Shown: positions 1-9,432 of the stretch, piece after piece
Layout: every line of letters begins with the position of its first letter
Position numbering within the stretch: position 1 is the first letter of the stretch
Position numbers and translations under genes: made by a program
DNA from: an uncultured Gemmatimonadales bacterium
Lineage (GTDB): Bacteria; Gemmatimonadota; Gemmatimonadetes; Gemmatimonadales; GWC2-71-9
DNA: 64,000 bases
Assembly (NCBI GenBank): GCA_963695555.1
Contig: CAVOGR010000005.1
Coordinates: 64,001-128,000, forward strand
Reading direction: 5' to 3'
The notes under the pieces: generated by a model
Told to the model about the DNA's origin: nothing
Seen by the model: the letters and a program-made list of their open reading frames with translations, nothing else
Databases searched by the model: none

Positions 1-1393
1 GTCATCCGGCGGGAGATCCCCGCCGAGGGCAGCTCACGGGCCTGGGTCAACGGCAGCCCTACCACGGTGGGCGTGCTGGCGAAACTCGGCCGTCTGCTGG
101 TCGACCTCCACGGACAGCATGAGACGCAATCGCTGCTGCATGCGGACGAGCAGCGGGACATTCTCGATGCCTTCGCCCAGGCCGAGGCAGACCGGAGTGC
201 CGTGGCCGAAGCGTTCGAGGCGGTGGTGGCGTTGCGGGAGGAGGAACGCTCACTCAGCGCGCGGCGTGAAGAAGTGGAACGGCGCGCGGATTATCTCCGC
301 CACGTCGTGGGCGAGATCGACGCGGCCCGGGTCGTGCCCGGTGAAGACGAGCAGCTCGCGGCCGAGGCGCGGAAGCTGAGCCAAGCGACCGATCTCGAGA
401 CCCACGCCCGAACCATCGCGGATGCGTTGGTTGATGCCGACGGCAATGCTCTGGACATGCTGCATCGGGCGGAGCGGGCTCTTCAGTCGCTCGAGCAGCT
501 CGATCCCGAGGTCGCGCCCTGGCGAGAAATGTTAGACACCGCCCATGCCAACCTGAGCGAGCTGGGCCGGCTTGCCGACCACTACGCAGCGGAGATCGAT
601 CGCGATCCGAGCCGCTTGGGCGAGATCGAGGCACGGCGGGACGTGCTGTTCGATCTCAAGCGAAAGCACGGCGGGACTCTCGAGGCCGCGCTGGCCACCC
701 GTGACGAGGCACTCCGCGAGCTCGAGCTGCTGGACACGGCAGAACTCGATCTCAGGACCCTCGGCGCTCGGCGCCATGCCGCCGAGGCGGCGCTGGCTGC
801 CGCCTGCGATGCGCTGAGCGCCAAGCGCGGTGACGCCGCCGCACGACTCGCCCGGGCGGTGAATCGGCTCCTGCCAAAGCTCGGGCTCAAGGGCGGGAAG
901 CTCCTGCCGGAGTTGTCGTCCGCGTGCGGAGCCGACGCGTACCGGTCGAGAGTCGGTCTCGTTCGGCGTGCAGCTCAACGTGGGGCTCGATCCGAGGCCG
1001 CTCAACCGGGTGGCATCGGGCGGCGAGCTGTCGCGCATCATGCTCGCCTTGAAGGTCGTGCTGGCTCGGCACGACCGAATACCGACGCTGGTGTTCGACG
1101 AGGTGGATCAGGGCATCGGTGGTGACGTGGGTGCCCGGGTTGGCGAGGCACTGGCCGAAGTGGCGGCCGGCCGGCAGGTCCTGGTCATCACCCACCTGGC
1201 GCCGATTGCGGCCAAGGCCGACCGGCATCTGGTGGTGGCAAAGCGGTCGCGCCAAGGCCTGGCCACGAGCGACGTGCAGGTGATCCACGGCGAGGACCGG
1301 GTACTCGAACTGGCGCGGATGCTGGGCGATGCGGAAGGCCTGACGGCGCGGCGGCACGCGCAGGAACTGCTGGCGGGAAGGCGGAAGTCGTAG
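1..1393 (+). CDS. recN: DNA repair protein RecN (5' end outside window; one apparent frameshift near 915-960)
   Basis: LVDLHGQHETQSL motif and long coiled coil in ORF 67..1125; VASGGELSRIMLALK, LVFDEVDQGIGG and QVLVITHLAPIAA in ORF 968..1393. Confidence 0.93.
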
Positions 1394-1790
1394 GTCTCAG
1401 GGGCCCGCCGTTTCTCTCGTTGGTCCATCTTGCGGTCATCTACGGAGCCGTGGCTCGGACGAAGGGATTCGCCGAGCCACCGCCCGAGCGTATCGTCATT
1501 CAGATAGACGATTTCCCAGCGCCGACGATAAGGACGGCCGCCGCCACACCAGGACCCGCCAGTAGCGCTTCAGTCCTCGCGGCTCCCATCATCATGCCAT
1601 CGAGTCCGGTCGCTGCGGTTCCTTCGGCGCTGCCTCCGATTGACCTGCGCCGCCAATTCGAGCCCGGGGAGTCTGCCTTGTTAGCAATGAGCAAAGGGGC
1701 GGCTGCTGGCGGGTCGGCAGGTCGCTGGCTTCCAGGCAACCGGGACAGCGTGTTCGCTGAGACGGAGCTCGGTATATCGCCGCCTGCGAG
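1394..1790 (+). pseudogene. Remnant of an energy transducer TonB-like gene (anchor and Pro-rich linker; no C-terminal domain)
   Basis: SLVHLAVIYGAVART membrane anchor, Pro-rich linker, LPPIDLRRQFEP...VFAETEL; the reading then degenerates into G-rich repeats; no convincing start codon. Confidence 0.5.
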
Positions 1791-1809
1791 CGCATGGGTT
1801 GGCTCAGGA

Positions 1810-1899
1810 GGGAGTGAGGGAGTGAGGAGTGAGGAGGGTGGTCGCAACGGCGTGTTGGTCTTCCGCAAGCGTCGCGCCGAAGGACCGATAGCCGATAGC
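1810..1899 (+). repeat. Short tandem 7-8-mer repeats (GGGAGTGA/GGAGTGA; CCGATAG)
   Basis: GGGAGTGA GGGAGTGA GGAGTGA GGAG at 1810-1836; CCGATA GCCGATA GC at 1885-1899. Confidence 0.6.
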
Positions 1900-1985
1900 G
1901 GGGGGTGGGGAGCGGGGCAGGGATAGACCGATAACTCATCGCCGGTCTCCTTGCCGGGATTCGTGGCCCCCCGCATATTGCCGTC

Positions 1986-2183
1986 ATGAGTGCGGTTGCC
2001 CGCGAGGTTCAAGTGGCGCTGCTCCGGCGCATGACGGCCGCGCGGAAGCTCGACCTGGCTGCGCAGCTGCGGCAGGCGGCCTGGGACCTGAAGGCCGGCG
2101 CCATCCGGCGCGCACACCCCGAGTTGTCCGGCCACGAGGTTCAGGATCGGGTCCGCCGAGTCTTTCGGGATGCCGGTTCCTGA
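1986..2183 (+). CDS. Small helical protein, putative antitoxin/partner of the downstream nucleotidyltransferase
   Basis: 65 aa, LLRRMTAARKLDLAAQL...AIRRAHPELS; overlaps the start of the NTase gene. Confidence 0.7.
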   Translation: MSAVAREVQVALLRRMTAARKLDLAAQLRQAAWDLKAGAIRRAHPELSGHEVQDRVRRVFRDAGS

Positions 2184-2858
2184 CCTGTTTGCAGCGTTCC
2201 TCCGCCCGCTCAACCAGCTGGACCTCCCCTACATGGTCACCGGAGCGGTGGCGGCCATCGTCTATGGCGAGCCTCGGCTGACTCATGATCTCGACATCGT
2301 GCTCGAGCTCGAGCCGGGCGACAGCCAGCCGACTGATAGCGGCCTTTCCCGAGACCGAGTTCTACTGCCCCCCCCGGGAAGTCATAGAGGAAGAAGCTCG
2401 GCGCGAAGTCGGACGGGCACTTCAACCTGGTCCATCTCGAATCCGCCTTGAGGGCGGATGTGTACCTTGCCGGCCGCGATCCCTTCCTGCACTGGGGGCT
2501 GGCCCGCCGGCGGCGAGAGGAGATGGGAACCGAGAGCATCACGGTCGCTCCCATGGAGTACGTGATCGTCATGAAGCTTCGCTATTTCCGCGATGGCGGG
2601 GCGGAGCGCCACCTGCGTGATATCGAACGCATGCTCGAGATCAGCGGGTCGCGGCTGGACCACAGGGCCCTGCAGCCCTGGATCGAGACGTATCAGCTGG
2701 AGTCCGAATGGGCCGCGGGTCGCCGGAGGGTACGGAAATGCGTGACTGCTGAGGGGCATTCGCGGGGAGCACAGCCAGGATCTGAGCTGGAGACTCGGAG
2801 CGGATCAAAGGTACGGTGGGCTTCGAGGGCACGAAAGGGGGGCCGGGACCCTGCCTAG
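2170..2858 (+). CDS. Pol-beta-superfamily nucleotidyltransferase (DUF6036-like), two apparent frameshifts (~2322, ~2411); true 3' end uncertain (~2745-2858)
   Basis: YMVTGAVAAIVYGEPRLTHDLDIV; FYCPPREVIEEE; RADVYL; EYVIVMKL...RHLRDI distributed over ORFs 2170, 2285 and 2448. Confidence 0.75.
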
Positions 2859-2870
2859 AGGTCGGCGCTC

Positions 2871-2951
2871 TTGACGCCTGGTGGTGTCTAGTGTACCAAT
2901 ATAGGTAACAATTGTCACCACAAAGGGTGCTGTTGTCACAATAATGGGTAC
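2871..2951 (+). promoter_or_regulatory. Promoter with repeated imperfect operator boxes upstream of HTH-MNT gene
   Basis: TTGACG at 2871 followed by an AT-rich stretch; TTGTCACCACAAAGGGTGC (2912-2930) and TTGTCACAATAATGGGTAC (2933-2951) at 21-bp spacing; related box at 2892-2910. Confidence 0.55.
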
Positions 2952-3558
2952 GACAAGGTCAGATAACGCCGCAAAGGCTCTCTTCGGGCGGACAAGGCGT
3001 AACATCCTGGCTCTTCTGTTCGGGCGGCCAGGTGAGTCGTTCTACCTGAGAGAGATCGTACGTCTTGCAGGGACAGGGACGGGCGCAGTCCAACGGGAAC
3101 TGACCAGGCTCACCGCTGCTGGTTTGCTCCGCCGATCCGCTAACGGCAACCAGGTCTACTTCGAGGCCAATCCCGACTCCCCCATCTACCAAGAGCTGCG
3201 AAGTCTCATTGTGAAAACGGCTGGCATAGCGGATGTCCTGCGCGCAGCCCTGCTACAACTCGCTGACAAGGAACGCATAAGCCTTGCGTTCATCTATGGC
3301 TCCGTTGCCTCGGCAACACAGGACCCGGGAAGTGACGTGGACCTGATAATCGTCGGCGATCTCCAGCTCTCAGCCTTGCTCCCACGTCTTCGCCAGGTGC
3401 AGGAACAGATTGGACGTGAGGTCAACCCGACCATCATTAGCGTGCCGGAGTTCACACACAAGCTCAAGATGCGAGAGCACTTTCTGCATCGAGTAATGGC
3501 GGGCGACAGGATCTTCCTGGTAGGAAACGCCGATGAGCTTGAGCAGCTGGCTCGCTAA
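2944..3558 (+). CDS. Winged-HTH + minimal nucleotidyltransferase (MNT) antitoxin
   Basis: N-terminal LFGRTRRNILALLF...YLREIVR...VQREL HTH; YGSVASATQDPGSDVDLII (GS-x10-DxD). Confidence 0.88.
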   Translation: MGTTRSDNAAKALFGRTRRNILALLFGRPGESFYLREIVRLAGTGTGAVQRELTRLTAAGLLRRSANGNQVYFEANPDSPIYQELRSLIVKTAGIADVLRAALLQLADKERISLAFIYGSVASATQDPGSDVDLIIVGDLQLSALLPRLRQVQEQIGREVNPTIISVPEFTHKLKMREHFLHRVMAGDRIFLVGNADELEQLAR

Positions 3559-3976
3559 CGGTTGGCTGGTTGACCACGAAGCGAGTCCCGAGGAGATCGC
3601 TGACCTGTTGGCCATTGTCGATCGAGACCTCACCGACGCCGCCATTGAGGCGCTCAGCCCAGATTGGCGCCTCGGCATAGCGTACAACGCAGCACTGCAA
3701 CTTGCGACCCTGGCGCTCGCGGCCGAGGGGTTCCGTCCCGGCCGGCAACGCGGCCATGAATACGCGCTCCGATCGCTCGCCTATACGATCGAGGCAGAGT
3801 CCGCGTTGGTGGATGTCCTTGATGGTGTACGCCGCAAGCGCAATCTGAGTCACTACGAGCGCACAGGAACGACATCTTCCGGTGAAGCACTGGAGATATA
3901 CACTCTCGCCGCACAACTTCGCGCACGAGTTGTGAGTTGGCTGCGGGACAGCCATCCCGATCTCTATCAAGCCTGA
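3533..3976 (+). CDS. HEPN-domain protein (putative RNase toxin of the MNT-HEPN pair)
   Basis: AYNAALQLA helix, GH motif, RRKRNLSHY; overlaps the MNT gene. Confidence 0.8.
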   Translation: MSLSSWLANGWLVDHEASPEEIADLLAIVDRDLTDAAIEALSPDWRLGIAYNAALQLATLALAAEGFRPGRQRGHEYALRSLAYTIEAESALVDVLDGVRRKRNLSHYERTGTTSSGEALEIYTLAAQLRARVVSWLRDSHPDLYQA

Positions 3977-4165
3977 CCCAATTGCGGTGGCGGGGCCCTG
4001 GTCAATCTGAATGGGCGTGTCCACGCCCTGCGGATAGTCTGGCGTAGCATTGGGGGTGGACGCGACTTCGGGCGATTAGACCATAGCATGTCGCGTCGAT
4101 CGATGTCCCGCGTCGGCGGCTCGCGGGACCGCAAGCGGCACTAGAGCGTGTCACGTTCGCGGATC

Positions 4166-5342
4166 TTACGGTTGTCGACTCTCCTTCCGCCTGCTCATCA
4201 CCAACACCCGACCGACCTGTTTCTGCTTGCGATACCCCAACAAGTGAAACATCTGAAGCGCAACGAACCGGGCCACGCGCACGTCGATCACCAGCGTGTC
4301 GGCGAGGGTCGGGTGCCGGCGTACGCCGGGCAGCACGCGGAGCAGCTGTTCAGCGCGGGTATGACGCAGGATCCGCGACACGGTCAGCCAGAAGGGACTG
4401 AATTCCCGGATGACGAAGAAGCCATCGTCGCCCTGGGTCTGATAGAGCGGCATCAGAATCCGCCCGCCGGCGGGGGCATGGATGTCTCCCGACCGGTCCT
4501 CCGCCACCCACTCGCCTTGGGTCAGGGGTTGGAAGCTCTCGTATCCGGGCCGCATGCGAAACCGATCCTCCGGCTGGACAGGGTGGCGATACCGCACCTC
4601 GAACACCCGTGGCAGTCCTCGCCGGTTCTCTTCCAGCAAGCGTTGCGCTCGTTCGACTTCGGCCAACCGGTCGGCATTGGGCAACACGCCGCCGGCGGCC
4701 AGCGCAACCCAGACGCCGGCCTCCAGGAGATCGACTGAAGCGGGGTCTTCGTGGCGGCCGCCTTCGAACCCCATGGTGATGTAGCCGAGGCCGTTCAAGT
4801 ACTCGAGCAGGGTACCCTCGATGTGCTCTTCCAAGCCGAGGATGATCGGGGAGCGAAAGCGGAGGGCAAATGCGCGGTTTCGGAGCGTGTCGCCGACGGT
4901 GGCAAAGGCCGCACTCTTCCCCGAGGTCGTGTGGAGGTCGATGAAGAACGCACCGTGTTGCGCCCGGTCGAGTGCGGTTTCGATGGCTTCGAGCACGTCG
5001 ACCAGTTCCTGGTCTTCACTGATCGCCGGATCGGGCGGGTGACCGTTTCGGAGCGCTACGATGCGTTCGGGCTTGAAGTGTCGGTTGAGGTCGCGGTCGA
5101 TGGCCCGCTCGCCCCGGGCCAGCGCGGCCAAGTTGCCGGCCAACCCTAAGAATTCGCCCCAGATCGGAATGCGCCGGTCGTGGATCGTCTGGAAGATGCG
5201 CTCGAGCGCAGCCACACCCGCGGGCTCGTTGCCGTGCAGACCTGCCGTCGCCACCAACAGCGGGCCCGTGCGCGCGCCAACGATCCGGCCGATCAGCCGA
5301 TCGCGAAGCTGAAGGCCGGACCACAGCGGGTTCGGACGTCAC
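4166..5342 (-). CDS. Succinylglutamate desuccinylase/aspartoacylase (AstE/AspA, M14-like Zn hydrolase); apparent frameshift near the 5' end
   Basis: GLHGNEPAG, DRDLNR, IDLHTTS, FEGGRH, ILMPLYQ..G.DGFF; GTG at 5342 overlaps the upstream stop but is out of frame with ORF 4166..5257. Confidence 0.88.
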
Positions 5343-7258
5343 GAGTCTTCGTGGAGCTTGTCGTGCAGCAGGCGCTCGACCATGGGCATGAAGTCGCCGA
5401 CACTGACGATGCCGACGAGTTTACCGTCCTTTACGACGGGAAGGCTTGGAATCCGGTGCCGGCGCATGAGTTCGATGGCCTCAAGGGTGGAGGTTTCCGG
5501 ATCGACCGTTGCCGGGTTGGTGTCCATGATGTCCCTGACGGGAATGGTCAGCTTCCCTTCGCGGCGGTTGCCGCTCGCCAATAAACGTAACACCGATCCG
5601 AATGACACCAGCCCGATCAGGTGATGCTCGTCGTCCTCCACCGGGACCTGCCGGATATGCTTCCAATCCATGAGCAGGGCGGCCAGGTCAACCAGCTCGT
5701 CCTCCTTCACGGTAAAAAGGTCGGTCGTCATGTACTGCTCGACCTTCAAGTAGTGGTGCTTCCAGCCGCCGCCCTCGTCGATCGACGCGAGTTTCCACTC
5801 GTGACATGGCTTGCCGCTCTGCTGGCGGTGAGCGGTTGCGGCGGTGAGCGCAGCCAGCCGCTCGCTCCGGGTGCCCTGCGAGCCCATCTGTAAGAGTGAG
5901 CGCTCGAGCCAGTGGGCCCCGGTCCGGCCGGATGCGACGCGGCTTTCGATTGCGGTGAGATATCGGTCGGTGTCGCGCCGGGCGACACCCGCGCCCCTGA
6001 GCCCCGAGTAGGCCAGGGGAATCAGATCCTTCAGGATCAATTCCCGCGCACCCACCGTTTTCCCGTCCAGCCAGGTAAAGCCGACATTGAGGCCGCGGCG
6101 GGCCGCCGCCAGCACGTTGGCCCGAGCGTCATCGAACTGGATACGCTCGGTGATGTCGGGATACCGCTCCACACCCCCGAGAACGAGCCCGACCCAGAAG
6201 GCCGCGTTGGCCACCTCGTCGAACACGCTGGGGCCGGACGGAAGTACCCGGCACTCGATTCGGAGGTGAGGCACGCCCTGGCACACGCCATAACACGGGC
6301 GGTTCCAACGGTAGACTGTGCCGTTGTACAGCTGCAGGGCCGCGAGGGTCGGCACACCGCCCGCCCGGAGCACCTCGAACGGGTCCTCCGGGTTCTTCGT
6401 CGCCATCAGCGCCGGAATCCGGGCGATGTCCTCACGGAACACCTCGAGCACGGACTGCTTGATCCACTGCTCGCCAAATCGGACCCGTGGCGTGAGTTCC
6501 CTCAGGTGGGGCGTGGTGCGACGGGTGTCGATCGATTGTTGAAAGAGTGCGATGCGGGTCTCGGCCCAGAGCCGCCGGCCGAACAAGAGCGGGGAATTGA
6601 CGCTCGCCGCGAGCACGGGCGCGGTCATCACCTGTGCCACGTTGTAGGTGTGGGCGAAGGCGTCTGGATCGACCTGGAGGTGCACCTGGAAACTGGTATT
6701 GCCGCCCTCCAGCATCACCGAGTCGTGCTCCAGGTTGAGCTCGTCCGCTCCTTGGATGTTGATGCGATAGGTGCCGCCGCGAATCCGAGTGAGTACGTCA
6801 TTGAGGACGTGGTAGCGTTCGCGCGGCGTCATGTTGTCGAGCGACAGATCGGACTTGGCCAGGGTGGGGAGAATGCCCGTGAGCACCACGTCCGCCTGGT
6901 GCTGGTGGGCCTGTGCCCGAACGGCTTCGATGTGGGCGTTGAGCCGCTGTTCCAGTTCGTGGAAACAGCGGTCCGTGAGGTCGAGCGGGTCCAGATTGAT
7001 TTCGAGGTTGAAGGCCGCGAGCTCGGTGGTGTACTCCGGCCCGGCCAGCCCTTCCAAGACCCGGAGCGCCGTCGGCGCAGGCCGCCAGCCCCGGTCGACC
7101 AGAAACAATTCCTGTTCCGCGCCGATCCGGCGCCGGCCCGACTCGATCTGGCCCTGAGCCAGCATCTGCTCCAACGCGCGCAGGTCGTTGAGCAGCGCCT
7201 TGGTGAAAATGCGAAACTCGTCCGGGCCGAGTTTCGGCGCGACCTCTAGAGTTCCCAT
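5339..7258 (-). CDS. Glutamate-cysteine ligase family 2 (GCS2-like carboxylate-amine ligase) fused to a C-terminal CBS pair
   Basis: IGAEQELFLVD, TTELAAFNLEIN, NTSFQVHLQV, NSPLLFGRRLWAETRI, VYRWNRPCY, HLRIECRVLPSGP; CBS repeats (VEQYMTTDLFTV...; LPVVKDGKLVGIVS). Confidence 0.88.
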   Translation of the reverse strand: MGTLEVAPKLGPDEFRIFTKALLNDLRALEQMLAQGQIESGRRRIGAEQELFLVDRGWRPAPTALRVLEGLAGPEYTTELAAFNLEINLDPLDLTDRCFHELEQRLNAHIEAVRAQAHQHQADVVLTGILPTLAKSDLSLDNMTPRERYHVLNDVLTRIRGGTYRINIQGADELNLEHDSVMLEGGNTSFQVHLQVDPDAFAHTYNVAQVMTAPVLAASVNSPLLFGRRLWAETRIALFQQSIDTRRTTPHLRELTPRVRFGEQWIKQSVLEVFREDIARIPALMATKNPEDPFEVLRAGGVPTLAALQLYNGTVYRWNRPCYGVCQGVPHLRIECRVLPSGPSVFDEVANAAFWVGLVLGGVERYPDITERIQFDDARANVLAAARRGLNVGFTWLDGKTVGARELILKDLIPLAYSGLRGAGVARRDTDRYLTAIESRVASGRTGAHWLERSLLQMGSQGTRSERLAALTAATAHRQQSGKPCHEWKLASIDEGGGWKHHYLKVEQYMTTDLFTVKEDELVDLAALLMDWKHIRQVPVEDDEHHLIGLVSFGSVLRLLASGNRREGKLTIPVRDIMDTNPATVDPETSTLEAIELMRRHRIPSLPVVKDGKLVGIVSVGDFMPMVERLLHDKLHEDS

Positions 7259-7369
7259 GGGCCGTTCAGTTGGAGGAATGGCGGATCCGTCCGCCGGGCT
7301 CCTGGTGTGCCAAGGTGGGAGCCGAGTCGTGGGATCTTCATTAAGTGAAGATGAAGTGTCTGCTGGGCT

Positions 7370-8953
7370 TCAGCCACCCCACAAGCGGAAGTAGAGCCTG
7401 AGGCCCATTCGCGCCGTCTTCGCCTTGGGCACTCGGCTGCCGCCGGCCCGGACGACACCCTCGTAACTCCAGTACGCCTCGACCGGGAGGCCGGGCCTCA
7501 GTTCATTGGTAGCGCTTGGACTCCGGTAGGTAATGCCGCCGCCCACTACGGTGGCGTTGACGCTACCGTCCAGGCCCAAATCGCTGGCGCTGACACCGGC
7601 AAGGGCGTCTCCCGCGGCCGCGTACGCATAGCTGTCCTCGCCGCGCGACCAGTGGCTCGCCCTTGCTTGGATGGCAAGCGTCGGGGTGATCGCGATGTAC
7701 GGCTGAATGCTCACTCGAACGATGTCGCCCGGGTCCCAGCGGACGGTGGCCAGGCGGTTGGAGAACGGGACGGGCCGCTCCGGCGCGGTGACCCGTCGTT
7801 CCAGCGTCGACGCAAACTGTCGAGTGTAACTCCCCTCGATCCGGGCACCGATCCGCCCGCGCCCGACGTCGGTAATTATGCCTAAGGCCACGTCCAGTTG
7901 CCGGTCGCCGGTGCCGAGCCCGATCAAATCGTTCGAGAGCGGGCGGTACCCGGTCGGCAGCCGGGCCATCACTTGGGCGTAGGTCCTGAACCCGCCTGGC
8001 TTCCCGGGCCGGTCCCAGCGGTCGACAAAAGCGTAGCTGGCCCCGACCTCGATGTCGCCAAGGAGAAACTCGAGCGACTCCGCGAGCGGCAACGCCGCGA
8101 TCGGTCCGGCCGGATTCTCCACGAAGTTGAGGTAGTCGGTTTCAGTGAGTGGGGTTGTAGGCAGTGGTAGTGCGCTGGAGAAGCCGGGCACGCCGAGCGT
8201 CGCGTCGAGCGTGCCCTGCAGAGCCTCGATGTCTCCGAGGATGACGGCGCCTTCCGCGCTCGACGAAAGCGGCAAGAACGGCGTTGCCGTGCCGGGTACC
8301 AACATGAGTCCGTTGAGGTCGTCCCTGAGGAGCGTGGCGTCACTCAAGGTCTGCTCCGCGAGTGCCCGGAGCGTGGGATCGCCGTCGTATTGGCCGGCGA
8401 GCAGATTGGTGTTCAGGGTAACCAGCGCGTTGTCGAGTTCGCTGAAGAACGCCGCCGCCTCGGCGGCACCGGTCTGGGTGCCGAACACCGGATCGGCGGG
8501 ATTGAACCCCGCGTTGGCACCACCGGCGTCGAACCGTTGGGCGGTCTGCACCCGTTGCCGCACGATGGGCACCGTGCCGAACAGCGTCAGCCGCTTGGTC
8601 AGGCCGAGGGCGAGGCCAATGCCCAGGGTACCGACGTTGGCATCGCCCTGGGTCGCGGTGCGCCCGATGCTCAGCCGATAGCTCGACGCGCCCGCAATCC
8701 GTCCAATCGTGGCCTCGGCCGGCAGCAAGTCAGGAAAGAACTCGGCACCGAGTGCGGCGCGCTGGAAGTCGGCAGTATAGACTTCGGTTGCGCCCCGGTT
8801 GAAGCGGCTGTCGAAGTTCCGGAAGGCACCGGTGATCTCGAACCTGACGGCGCCCCGCGGCACACCGATCGCCGGGAGCTGGGCGTGGGCGGCGGAGGGC
8901 ACGGCGGAGGTCAACGCCAGACCGAGGAGTAGTGAAGCGAGGGATTGGCGCAC
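7370..8953 (-). CDS. Secreted/outer-membrane beta-barrel-like protein of unknown function
   Basis: GTG start at 8953, signal peptide ending AAHA-Q, alternating beta strands, LGDIEVGASY and C-terminal ARMGLRLYFRLW. Confidence 0.7.
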   Translation of the reverse strand: MRQSLASLLLGLALTSAVPSAAHAQLPAIGVPRGAVRFEITGAFRNFDSRFNRGATEVYTADFQRAALGAEFFPDLLPAEATIGRIAGASSYRLSIGRTATQGDANVGTLGIGLALGLTKRLTLFGTVPIVRQRVQTAQRFDAGGANAGFNPADPVFGTQTGAAEAAAFFSELDNALVTLNTNLLAGQYDGDPTLRALAEQTLSDATLLRDDLNGLMLVPGTATPFLPLSSSAEGAVILGDIEALQGTLDATLGVPGFSSALPLPTTPLTETDYLNFVENPAGPIAALPLAESLEFLLGDIEVGASYAFVDRWDRPGKPGGFRTYAQVMARLPTGYRPLSNDLIGLGTGDRQLDVALGIITDVGRGRIGARIEGSYTRQFASTLERRVTAPERPVPFSNRLATVRWDPGDIVRVSIQPYIAITPTLAIQARASHWSRGEDSYAYAAAGDALAGVSASDLGLDGSVNATVVGGGITYRSPSATNELRPGLPVEAYWSYEGVVRAGGSRVPKAKTARMGLRLYFRLWGG

Positions 8954-8966
8954 GCTGAAAGTTACT

Positions 8967-8997
8967 GGGAGTAGGGAGTAGGGAGTAGGGAGTAGGG
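8967..8997 (+). repeat. Heptamer tandem repeat (GGGAGTA)x4.4
   Basis: Directly visible perfect repeat. Confidence 0.95.
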
Positions 8998-9066
8998 CTC
9001 GGCGGTTGGGCGCGGTACGGAAATGAAATGCGCAGACGATCCGCCGAACCGCCGAGCCGTCCACCC

Positions 9067-9117
9067 GCCGATGGCCGATGCCGATAGCTGATAGCCGATA
9101 GCTGATAGCTGATAGCT
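9067..9117 (+). repeat. Heptamer tandem repeat (GCYGATA) ~x7
   Basis: GCCGATG GCCGAT GCCGATA GCTGATA GCCGATA GCTGATA GCTGATA GCT. Confidence 0.93.
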
Positions 9118-9160
9118 TCCAAGTTGCGACCCATCCAGCGTCCCCCCATGTTACCCCACG

Positions 9161-9243
9161 GCCCGGGTGGCGAAATGGCAGACGCAAGGGACTTAAAATC
9201 CCTTGGGGGCAACCCCGTGCGGGTTCGAGTCCCGCCCCGGGCA
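9161..9243 (+). tRNA. tRNA-Leu (anticodon TAA), CCA not encoded
   Basis: Acceptor stem GCCCGGG/CCCGGGC-A, D loop GGCGAAATGGCAGACGC, anticodon arm AGGGA-CTTAAAA-TCCCT, long variable arm, T loop GGTTCGAGTCC. Confidence 0.97.
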
Positions 9244-9432
9244 TTGGTTGAGGGACGGCGACTTTACGGCCGCGCCGCAGGTTCCTTATTCGCAGTGATA
9301 TTTCCTCGGATGCGGTCCACCTCTGTGGGCCCCATGTGACCACGGACCACGACTCAAAGCGTCGTGCTCATCCCTCCGGGAACTGCCGCCGCAACCAGTC
9401 GCGGCTGCCGGGCTTCCTCCCACCTGCGCCAC

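Noticed and set aside
5912..7249. Long antisense ORFs (also 30209-31918, 34851-36410, 54641-56014, 11746-12927)
   Set aside because: Shadow frames opposite well-supported genes, expected in high-GC DNA
8967..9117. CRISPR array
   Set aside because: 7-bp tandem units without spacers; no cas genes
8954..9343. N-terminal 130 aa of ORF 7370..9343
   Set aside because: Runs antisense through the tRNA and the heptamer repeats; the signal peptide begins at 8953
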